Below are positions 55,890 to 64,000 of a DNA stretch of 64,000 nucleotides, one piece after another. The stretch spans positions 256,001-320,000 of the forward strand of contig OZ242214.1 in the NCBI GenBank assembly GCA_965206595.1. Reading direction: 5' to 3'. The translations under genes and the position numbers were made by a program. Under the pieces are notes generated by a model. The model ran no database searches and was not told the DNA's origin. It worked only from the letters and a program-made list of their open reading frames with translations. The DNA comes from Candidatus Latescibacterota bacterium. GTDB taxonomy: Bacteria > Latescibacterota > UBA2968 > UBA8231. The number at the start of each line of letters is the position of its first letter. Position 1 is the first letter of the stretch.

Positions 55890-56110
55890 CCATCAAGATT
55901 CTGGAAAACGGCAAGACTCGGTCGATCTACCGTCGCGTCAGCAGCGGCGGAAGTTTCGGTTGCAGTTCTCCGGCAAAATTTCGGCTCGGGAAAGGCGACA
56001 GGGATCGAATCGATTGAAGTCCACTGGCCGAAAGGCGATCTCGTGCAGAGATTTCGCGACGTGGCAATGGATCAATCGATTGAAATGGTCGAAGGCGAAA
56101 GGGCTACTCC
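55890..56110 (+). pseudogene. ASPIC/UnbV domain remnant
   Basis: RRVSSGGSFG.S...LGK...IE.IEVHWP...QRF.DV..DQ.I..VEG across frameshifts. Confidence 0.55.
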
Positions 56111-56258
56111 ACGCTGCCATTCGAGTCATCCGTGCCGGGTGGCAGACAGGGTCCGAAGCCCCGTCCTGTAGCCGCAGCCCCATCCCTTGAAGGAGAGTGA
56201 GTTACCGGGTGGGGACTCGTACGGTGTATTTCCGCCCCCCACCGGGGAGAGAAAACAA

Positions 56259-58175
56259 ATGAGAAAAGCGACATCGCTGTTATTTTCCGCCCTAGTCTGC
56301 GCGCACACTGCGGCGCTGTCCTGGGCGGGGGAAGTAGACACGGTCATGACCTTTACTGCAGAGTTTCCCGGACCGGTGCGACAGCTGGTAGAGGCTCCGG
56401 GATCAGGGCTGTTCGCCGTTGTCGGCGGCACCGGGGGCGGGCTGGCGTCGGTGGCAGATGACGGGTACCAGTTTGTCTACCGCGGGGAGGTTGTCTCCGT
56501 GGCGGCATCTCTCGACGGGTACCTGTTCCTGACGACGAGAAGCTCGGGAGAAGCCAGGGTTTTGCGCCTTTCCGCCGGAAACGCATCGCGAGAGGGCGGG
56601 GAGGATGCGGACCAAGCGGAGCTTCTTCCGCCCACCGACGTTACGGACCGCTTTGGCTCTCCGGCTTCTGGAGACTGCCGGGTGGTGCGTTCGAGTACGG
56701 GCGAGATATGGGTGGAGGGCGCCCCCGAGCTGCGCCGGGCAGACGGCGAGTTCGCTCCCGTTCCGACCGCGGCCAGCGGACTGACGGCGGTGCCCCTGGC
56801 GAGGGACATGCACGGCAATTCCTGGTCGCTGTCATCGTCGGGAAGCCAGGTGTTGGTACGGGCGGCGAACGCTCCGGCCGAATGGCGGAATGCAGGCCCT
56901 TCAGGGGGAGGGCCCTGGTCCTTCCTTGTTGCCGATGTCAGCGGGTTCGTCTGGGTCGGCGGCGCCAACGGCCTGCGACGCCTGGACCCGCTCGAAGCGG
57001 ACGCGGGATGGCTCGAGCTTCCGGCGACCCTCAGCCTGCCTGCCAGTCCCGTGTCCTCGCTGAGCCGCTCGCCGAACGGCAAGGCCCTCGTCTGCTTTGC
57101 GTCGGGCGAGGTCATCGAAATCGACTACGGCCGCGACAGCCGCAAAGCCGAAATCGTCCACCTGACCGACGAGGTGCTGCCGGCCCCGGCGGACGTCGGC
57201 TACAGTGACTCCAAAGGCCGGATCTGGTTGGGCATCGGGTCGAAGCTTTACCGCAAGAAGGCGCATCCGCTCGCCTGGCAGCGCCACTGGGAAATGCTCA
57301 GCCCTTTGCCGGGGGGCAATCACGACATCTTCTCCGTCGAGGTGGATGGCCGGCTGTATACGGCGGGTGGGGTGACCGCCGGTTGGGGCTACCCCGCCGA
57401 GCACCACTGGTTCGACGAACTCTGGGCGTACGACAGCGCCACCCAGGTCTGGGCAGTGGCCGGGAAACTGCAGGACGTACTCTGTTACAACGGCATCGCC
57501 ACGCTCGACGGCGACGTCTGGGTGGTGGGAGGTGCGGATAACGTCGACGGCACCCGGATATCGACGGCTACCGTACAGATTTTCGATCCGCGCACGGCGT
57601 CGTGGCGTCCGGGGCCGTCCCTGAACGAGGCGCGGCAGGAGCCGGTGGTGGTAACGGCCGGCAACCGCGTGTACGCCATCGGCGGCGCCAGCGACTATTC
57701 GACCCCGATGACTTCGGTTGAAAGCATCGGATCGGGGGAATCGCAGTGGCGCATGGAGCCGGCTCTGCCGGAACCGATGCAGCAATTCGCCGGAGCCGTC
57801 CTCGACGACGGCATATACGTCGTTTCAAAAAACGCGGCCTTCTCCTACGACTCGAAGGCAGAGTCGTGGAGCGAACTGCCCCACCTGTGGCACATGCCCC
57901 AGGCAGCGCAGGTGGCGGCTCACGACGGCGAAATCTGGGTGTTGGGGGGCGTCCGTACCAAGCGCACGTTCCGCTATGATCCGGACGCGGGCTCATGGCG
58001 GCCGGGACCGTCGCTGCCGACCGAACAGTCCTGGGGCTCGGCGAGCGATCTCAACGGTCGTTTGATCGTTGCCGGCGGCGCCCACTGGTCGGAGCTCCAC
58101 GGGCGTTACCTCTTCGACGATGCGGTGTACGCGTATCGGGAAGGCTCTTTCGTGCCCGAGGAAAGCTCAGAGTAA
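56259..58175 (+). CDS. Secreted double beta-propeller protein with C-terminal Kelch repeats
   Basis: Signal peptide; repeated (Y/W)..GG and YDP...W Kelch motifs. Confidence 0.85.
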   Translation: MRKATSLLFSALVCAHTAALSWAGEVDTVMTFTAEFPGPVRQLVEAPGSGLFAVVGGTGGGLASVADDGYQFVYRGEVVSVAASLDGYLFLTTRSSGEARVLRLSAGNASREGGEDADQAELLPPTDVTDRFGSPASGDCRVVRSSTGEIWVEGAPELRRADGEFAPVPTAASGLTAVPLARDMHGNSWSLSSSGSQVLVRAANAPAEWRNAGPSGGGPWSFLVADVSGFVWVGGANGLRRLDPLEADAGWLELPATLSLPASPVSSLSRSPNGKALVCFASGEVIEIDYGRDSRKAEIVHLTDEVLPAPADVGYSDSKGRIWLGIGSKLYRKKAHPLAWQRHWEMLSPLPGGNHDIFSVEVDGRLYTAGGVTAGWGYPAEHHWFDELWAYDSATQVWAVAGKLQDVLCYNGIATLDGDVWVVGGADNVDGTRISTATVQIFDPRTASWRPGPSLNEARQEPVVVTAGNRVYAIGGASDYSTPMTSVESIGSGESQWRMEPALPEPMQQFAGAVLDDGIYVVSKNAAFSYDSKAESWSELPHLWHMPQAAQVAAHDGEIWVLGGVRTKRTFRYDPDAGSWRPGPSLPTEQSWGSASDLNGRLIVAGGAHWSELHGRYLFDDAVYAYREGSFVPEESSE

Positions 58176-58333
58176 ACCAGGTGATATGCCGGAAGAGGGC
58201 GGGCGGCGGCGGCGCGAAGCGCCCAGGCATCTTCCGCAAATGAAATCGGGCCCTCGCCGCGGTTGGTAAGAGCCTGCTGGGCCTATTGTGGGGGTGCCCG
58301 CCTCCGGCACGACCCCGCCGCAGAGTGAGGGAA

Positions 58334-59542
58334 TCAGCCCCAGCTCGCGATGAAGTCGTCGACCTCGAAGTTCTCGGGCATGTCGTAGAAGCGGTAGCGC
58401 GTACTGGTGACGTGCATCATCGGCTCGAACTGATCGCCGTCCGCCTGCAGCCTGGCATCGAGGGTTTCGAAGCGCTGCCACAGCTGCCCGGCCTCTTCCG
58501 CGGTGAAGCGGTCGCGCATCGGCTCCAACAGGTTGACGTAGAATGCCCCCGCGGCCGCGCGCCCCTCCTCCTCACTCGCCCCGGGATCGTGGAACACCGG
58601 CAGCGCTCTCGCCGCCTTCGACAGCAGCGTCAGGGTGACCATGCGTCCCTGCTCGCCGGGGTGTAGCCGCGTCAGGCCGTCGCGGAAAACCCGGGCATCC
58701 CGGTCGATCATCGCCCGGAAGATCCCGCATATGAGGTCGCACTCCGCAACGTAGCAGTCCTCGAAGCCCTCGAACTGCCGCCGCGATTCCGCAGAAAGCC
58801 GGTCGGCGAACTCGAGGTCCCAGCCGTGTCCGGCATAGTACGGAAAGATGCGGCTCCCGAAACAGCGGTACCCGAGGTGAAGGGTGCGGCGCAGCCGGGC
58901 GGTGTAGTTGCTGCCCCAGTGCAGGATCATGTTGCTGTAGGCGACGCCGTCGCCGGCCTCGAGCTCGACCGGGATGCTGCCGGGCATCGGCGCCCAGGCG
59001 TCGAAACGCCACTGCGCGTTCTCCGCCTCGGTGTTGCGGCGCCGGTGACTCCCAGGCACCACCCACAGCACGTCATCGTCGTAGAGGGCGACGTTCCACT
59101 GCACGAGGGCCGGGCCGTTGGCGAGCATGTCCTCCTGCAGGCCGCACAGGGGCGTCAGGCTGGGAGGGGTGATGTCGCGGTGCCAGCGGGTGCGTCCCAT
59201 CCCGACCGGGGGGCTGCATAGCATGGCGAGCATCCCGGGGCTGGCGACCGGCGCCCCCAGGAGCTGCCGGCTGACGCCCAGGGTGGTCTCCCCGAGACAG
59301 AAGTCGACGACGTGGGCGGTCGACTCGCCGACGACCTTGTCGATGGAGACGCGGGGCTGTTTTGCGAGCTCCCATTCGCCTCCTGGGGGATCCCCCAGGT
59401 TGCGCTCCTGCCTCCAGATCTCTTTCTGTCGCTCCAGCAACCGCTCGCAGCTCTCGCGCATGCGCGAGAGCTGCCCGCCGGGGACGACTCCGCGGAGGAT
59501 GACGAATCCCTGCTCGAGCAGTTCCTGTCGGTCGATGTCCAT
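58334..59542 (-). CDS. PhyH-family dioxygenase with C-terminal extension
   Basis: WHRD, VVPGSH, ILHWG. Confidence 0.85.
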   Translation of the reverse strand: MDIDRQELLEQGFVILRGVVPGGQLSRMRESCERLLERQKEIWRQERNLGDPPGGEWELAKQPRVSIDKVVGESTAHVVDFCLGETTLGVSRQLLGAPVASPGMLAMLCSPPVGMGRTRWHRDITPPSLTPLCGLQEDMLANGPALVQWNVALYDDDVLWVVPGSHRRRNTEAENAQWRFDAWAPMPGSIPVELEAGDGVAYSNMILHWGSNYTARLRRTLHLGYRCFGSRIFPYYAGHGWDLEFADRLSAESRRQFEGFEDCYVAECDLICGIFRAMIDRDARVFRDGLTRLHPGEQGRMVTLTLLSKAARALPVFHDPGASEEEGRAAAGAFYVNLLEPMRDRFTAEEAGQLWQRFETLDARLQADGDQFEPMMHVTSTRYRFYDMPENFEVDDFIASWG

Positions 59543-59599
59543 TTCGCTTCTCCCTCCAGTCGCAGTCGCTGCGAGTGGAGGATCGCGGGTCTCGGCGTT

Positions 59600-62311
59600 T
59601 CAGTAGGCGACGGCGAGGGTGCGGAAGACTTCGCGCCGGTCCAGGTCGGCGCCCTTGCCGTCGGCATCGACGTGAAAGCGGAGCGCGTAGATTCCCGGGG
59701 GCACGAGGTTGCCGGAGTCGTCCTCGCCGTTCCACTCCAGCGAGTACGCTCCGGCGCTGACGTCGCGCTCTTCCTCGAGGGTGCGCACCCGACGTCCGCC
59801 GAGATCAAAGATATCGACGGCAACGCGCCGGCTGCGCCCGACGAGGAGAACGGTGAAGCCGAGGTCGGCTACGTCGTTGACGCCGTCGCCGTTGGGGCTG
59901 AAAGCGGGGGGCATCTCGAAACCGGCGAACAGCTCCCTGGCGCTCTGCATGCCGACCACGACCAGGCTGTTGGCGCCGATCCGGGCCGCGGCGTCCCCCT
60001 CGTCGACCTGCTGCCAGACCACCTCGCCGGCGCCGTCCCCGAGCCGGACGAAGGCCTGCACGATTCCTCCGACGGAGAACAGCTCCCCGAAAAAGTCGAG
60101 CCGGAGCAACTCGGCGCCGGCGCCGGGACCGATGAGGGGAAAGGTCACCAGCAGGCTGTCCTCTCCGGTCGGCGACGGCAGCGCCTCTACGGCGAACTCC
60201 TCCGGACCGTCTGCGGCGAGCAGGTCGGCCTCGGCGCCGGCGTACAATCCGGAGAAACCGAGGCTCATGCCCTTGGGAGCGGTGAGCAGAATGCCGTCGA
60301 AACCGGGGTTCCCCGAGCTGAAACTGGGTCGGACGTACAGGGAGAAGGGCATCTCGACGGCCAGGGACTCCACCTGGGTGGGGGTCAGCTCCCCGAGAAA
60401 CCCGTCCGCCAGCGGATCCCTGTAGTTGATGCGGACCGCCTTCAGGGTGGCTGCCGCTTCGGGAGTGTCGGACAGGAGGGTAGCCCGGATCTGGACGTAC
60501 TTGCGCGGCGAGGGGGAGGTGATGCGGGCCCCCGAGACGAGGTACGGATCGCTCCAGGCGCTCGAGTCGCTGCCCATGATCTCCTCGGTGACGATGTCGC
60601 CCTGCAGGAGGTTGTCCGGAATTTTCACCTTGTCGTTCGGTTTCTGGAGCTTGTCGTATTTCTCCTCCGTCACCTCGTCTCCGGTTCCGTTGAAGTAGCG
60701 GGTGACCTCGGACTTGATCTGGCTGGTGCGGGTCTGCAGGAAGAGGCGGGTTTCCGGCGGGGTCTCGGCGTCCCACTCGATGGAGGTGAGGGTGCGCGTG
60801 CCCCGCGGATCGATGAGGGGGGACGCGATGGTGACCTGCGGCTGAAACCCTACGCCGAAGACCTGCCATTCGGTGATGGGATAGACCGCCGCGTGCATGG
60901 GCCGCGGGGTTCTGTCGTAGGCCAGGCGCACGAAGCGGGCCTTGATCGGGGTATCGAGAGTGTGCCGCTCGACGTGGCTCTTTGTAGGGGAAACCGCCAT
61001 GTTCGGGTCGTCCTCCCGCGGCTGCTTCGCCATCACCTCCTGGGTCACCACCTTCGCCGTTACCCAGTTGAGGCTGCCGTCCACCCGCTTCGACCCGTCG
61101 GAGAGATCGAGCTGGTGATTTCCCAGGCTGAAAGTGATGATAGCGCCGGTGAGGCTCTGGACGATGCGGACGCTCTTGACCCAGAAGAACGACCCGAGGT
61201 CGGCGACGATTCCCGGTTTACGTATGGCGTCGTCGAGCACGTACCAGACCGCGGGGAAGTTCGTACCGATGTCGCCGTCGAACATCCCCTTGGGGCCGGA
61301 TTTGATCTTCGGCAGGCTGCTAATGGACCCGCCGCGGTCGAGCAGGTCCCGGGCGATGTCCTCTCCCTCCTCCCAGACCTCGATTTCGGCGAGCCGCGGC
61401 CGCTCCCGGCGGAAATGGCGGACAGGCCCCCGGGTCTCGTCGGGGAGGCGCTCCCAGTTTTCCCTGCTGACGGCGATCTCCCGGCCGCCGCTCCCCAGCT
61501 TGATGTACTCCACAGTCCCCACGGTCCCGGGGGACTCCTGCTGCAGGCGCTCGTATTCGGCGGCATCGATCTCAGCGCCGCGGTCGAGCCGCGAGCCGCG
61601 CGCGACCATCTGGATGAAGCGCACCACCATTTCCCGCCGGAGCTTCGGGGCATCGGTGAAATCGACCTCGAACCGGCGACGGGTCGTATTGGGCTCGACC
61701 ATCTGCAGCACCGGCAGGAAGTCGATGCTCTGGCCGCCTCTCGCGGAGATGGGCGCCTGGCCGTCCGAAGTGAGCACTTCGAAGAGGTAGAAGGGATCCC
61801 CCAGTTCCTCGTCGACGAAGGTGACGACGATCCTGTTGGCGACGACGATGCGGCCGAGATCGATCCGGAACCACCAGGAGGCGGAGAGATCGGACCGCTC
61901 CTGGGGAGGGTCGGGCTCCCAGTAGGTGGCCGGGTCCCCGTCGAGCGCGTTGACCACGTCCTCGCGGTTGCTGCCGGCGGTGATGGCGTCGAGGAGCCGG
62001 ATCTCTCCCGGAGTCTTGCCGGCCAGATAGTCAGGTGGATTGTCCCGCAGGAAGCGCACGATTTCGCCGGTGGCGTTGGTGTTCAGCTGCCAGCGGCGCG
62101 GCTGTACCCCTTCGGGTGCGATCGTCACCGACCCCTCGGGGAAGTGCCACGACTCCCAGTGCTGCCGGGAATCGACGGTAATCTGGCGGCGGGACCGGTC
62201 GAGGCGATAGGAGGTCTGGGCGAAGACCTCGGCCTGCGCCAGGAGCAGGAAAGCGGCCAGCAGCCAGGGGGCGGGCCGCCATGCCGAGGAAGCTGCTGCC
62301 ATTCGCTCCAT
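59600..62311 (-). CDS. Large secreted protein with discoidin-like domains and C-terminal FlgD-Ig domain
   Basis: Signal peptide; LDGD..TYW, IDLGR, I.SPSPRKY.Q, FSPNGDGVND...WNGED..G..VPPG.Y. Confidence 0.85.
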   Translation of the reverse strand: MERMAAASSAWRPAPWLLAAFLLLAQAEVFAQTSYRLDRSRRQITVDSRQHWESWHFPEGSVTIAPEGVQPRRWQLNTNATGEIVRFLRDNPPDYLAGKTPGEIRLLDAITAGSNREDVVNALDGDPATYWEPDPPQERSDLSASWWFRIDLGRIVVANRIVVTFVDEELGDPFYLFEVLTSDGQAPISARGGQSIDFLPVLQMVEPNTTRRRFEVDFTDAPKLRREMVVRFIQMVARGSRLDRGAEIDAAEYERLQQESPGTVGTVEYIKLGSGGREIAVSRENWERLPDETRGPVRHFRRERPRLAEIEVWEEGEDIARDLLDRGGSISSLPKIKSGPKGMFDGDIGTNFPAVWYVLDDAIRKPGIVADLGSFFWVKSVRIVQSLTGAIITFSLGNHQLDLSDGSKRVDGSLNWVTAKVVTQEVMAKQPREDDPNMAVSPTKSHVERHTLDTPIKARFVRLAYDRTPRPMHAAVYPITEWQVFGVGFQPQVTIASPLIDPRGTRTLTSIEWDAETPPETRLFLQTRTSQIKSEVTRYFNGTGDEVTEEKYDKLQKPNDKVKIPDNLLQGDIVTEEIMGSDSSAWSDPYLVSGARITSPSPRKYVQIRATLLSDTPEAAATLKAVRINYRDPLADGFLGELTPTQVESLAVEMPFSLYVRPSFSSGNPGFDGILLTAPKGMSLGFSGLYAGAEADLLAADGPEEFAVEALPSPTGEDSLLVTFPLIGPGAGAELLRLDFFGELFSVGGIVQAFVRLGDGAGEVVWQQVDEGDAAARIGANSLVVVGMQSARELFAGFEMPPAFSPNGDGVNDVADLGFTVLLVGRSRRVAVDIFDLGGRRVRTLEEERDVSAGAYSLEWNGEDDSGNLVPPGIYALRFHVDADGKGADLDRREVFRTLAVAY

Positions 62312-62316
62312 CTGTC

Positions 62317-64000
62317 TCAGTAGGCCACGCCGATGGAGCGGATGACGTAGCGCCGCTCGAGATCGGCGCCGCGGTCGTCGGCATCGACGTGGAAACCCAG
62401 GACGTAGACTCCCGGGGGGACGCGGCGGCCGCGGTCGTCCTCCCCGTCCCACTCGAGACGGTAGGCCCCGGCGCCGATTTCCCGCCTTTCGTCGAGGCGC
62501 CGAACGAGCCGGCCGCCAAGGTCGTGGATGTCGACGGAGACGGCCCGGCTGCCCCCGACGAGGACGACGGAAAAGCCGAGCCCGGCGACGTCGTTGACGC
62601 CGTCGCCGTTCGGGCTGAAGACCGCGGGCAGGTCGAAATCGGTGAACAGCTCCCTTTCTCCCTGCAGGCCGACGACCACGAGGCTGTTGGCGTCGATCCC
62701 CGCGGTCGCGTCCCCCTCGTCGACCTGTTGCCAGACGATGCCGCCGTCGCCGTCAGGGAACCTCGCGAAGGCCTGCAGGAGCCCGCCGACGGAGAACAGG
62801 GTGCCGCTGAAATCCAGCCGCACAAGGCCGGTCCCGCTGCCGGGAGTGATGGCGGGGAAGGTGACCAGCAGGCTATCGTCGGCCGTGGGGTTGACCAGCG
62901 CCTCCACGGCGAGCCCGTCGAGGCCGGTCCCACCGGCCAGGTCCTGCTCGGCGCCTGAAAACAAGCCGATGAAGCCGAGGTTCATGCCGTCGGGGGCGGT
63001 GAGAAGCAGCCCGTCGAAGCCGGGATTGCCGGGACCGAAGTCCGGGCGCACGTACAGGGTGAAGGGCCGCTCCACTGCCAGGGACTCGACCCGGGTCGGG
63101 GTCACTTCCCCCAGGAAGGAGAGCGCCAGGGGGTCGGAATAGTTGAGGCGTACCGCCTCGAGCGTGGGCGCGGCCTCCGGCCTTTCGGAAAGCAGCGTGG
63201 CCCGGACCTGGACGTAGTCGCGGGGCGAGGGCGAGGTGATGCGGTTCCCCGGCTCGAAGTAGGGTTGGCTCCAGGGGCTGGCGTCGCTGCCGAGAACCTC
63301 CTCGGTGACGATATCCCCCCTGAGGAGGTTGTCGGGAATCTTCACCTTGGGGTTGGGTTTCTGAAGCTTGTTGTACTTGTCTTCGGTAACCTCCTTGCCG
63401 AGGCCGTTGAAATAGTGGATGACCTCGGTCTTCGTGCTGCTCGTGCGCGTCTGCATCACGACGCGGGTGTGCGGAGGGGTATCGGCATCCCACTCGATGG
63501 AGGTCAGGGTGCGGGTGCCGCGCAGGTCCATCAGGGGGGACTCCAGGGTGACCTCCGGCTGGTATCCCTCGCTGAATATCCTCAGCTCCGAAAAGGGGTG
63601 GGTGGCGTTGAACAGCATCCTTCTGATCGGATCGCCCGCATGCTGGTAGACGATGCGCAGAAAGCGGGCCTTCACCGGTTCGAAGGCGTGGCGGTACGAC
63701 TCGACCTTCGTCGGGTGGATCGGCGTCTGGGGATGGGGCGGATAGAAAGCCCTGAATTTGGGGGTCTCCTCCGACTCGGCCGCGGTCACCCATTTGAGGC
63801 TGCCGTCTACCTGCCGGGAGCCGTCGGAGAAATCGACCCGGTAGTCGTCCATGCTGAAGTTGTTCGAGGCCCCGAAGAGGCGCAGGATGAACTGCACTCC
63901 GCGCACCCAGAAGAAGGACCCCATGTCGGCTACGATCCTGGCCTGGAAGGTTTCGACGGCGGCGGGGATGGCGTACTTGGCCTTGAAAGAGGTACCGACG
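62317..64000 (-). CDS. Paralog of 59600..62311 (5' end outside window)
   Basis: Shared blocks such as KLQKPN.KVKIPDNLL.GDIVTEE and FSPNGDGVND. Confidence 0.85.
   Translation of the reverse strand, partial: VGTSFKAKYAIPAAVETFQARIVADMGSFFWVRGVQFILRLFGASNNFSMDDYRVDFSDGSRQVDGSLKWVTAAESEETPKFRAFYPPHPQTPIHPTKVESYRHAFEPVKARFLRIVYQHAGDPIRRMLFNATHPFSELRIFSEGYQPEVTLESPLMDLRGTRTLTSIEWDADTPPHTRVVMQTRTSSTKTEVIHYFNGLGKEVTEDKYNKLQKPNPKVKIPDNLLRGDIVTEEVLGSDASPWSQPYFEPGNRITSPSPRDYVQVRATLLSERPEAAPTLEAVRLNYSDPLALSFLGEVTPTRVESLAVERPFTLYVRPDFGPGNPGFDGLLLTAPDGMNLGFIGLFSGAEQDLAGGTGLDGLAVEALVNPTADDSLLVTFPAITPGSGTGLVRLDFSGTLFSVGGLLQAFARFPDGDGGIVWQQVDEGDATAGIDANSLVVVGLQGERELFTDFDLPAVFSPNGDGVNDVAGLGFSVVLVGGSRAVSVDIHDLGGRLVRRLDERREIGAGAYRLEWDGEDDRGRRVPPGVYVLGFHVDADDRGADLERRYVIRSIGVAY

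Noticed and set aside
59312-62323. 1003-aa plus-strand ORF
   Set aside because: Antisense shadow of the FlgD-Ig protein gene.

Overview
GC-rich bacterial window. FlgD-Ig/NPFNP C-termini, an SWGxVK C-terminus, giant FN3/cadherin proteins and six PhyH dioxygenases suggest an FCB-type organism such as Ca. Latescibacterota, possibly host-associated (inference only). 1-20 kb: an intact IS110 (IS621-like) whose bridge-RNA guides can be read from the sequence and point to a Shine-Dalgarno site. It is followed by two giant secreted proteins that share a highly similar FN3/cadherin stalk but have different heads (Vps62/NPP1-like and M6 metalloprotease), each frameshifted by an exact tandem duplication. 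20-32 kb: metabolic genes, two lipoproteins and a vapBC pair. 32.6-43.2 kb: a lower-GC accessory mosaic with a duplicated XRE-HTH/CxxC microprotein module, three copies of a promoter/terminus-like motif, IS701 nested in ISKra4, and defence-like gene fragments. 43-64 kb: catabolic genes (PhyH, enolase-family, Gfo/Idh/MocA, GH51, GH32, CocE), an ECF sigma factor, a Kelch protein and tandem FlgD-Ig paralogs. Many single-base frameshifts and truncated genes may reflect decay or assembly error. No rRNA, tRNA or CRISPR array was seen. All family calls are motif recognition by eye, without database searches.
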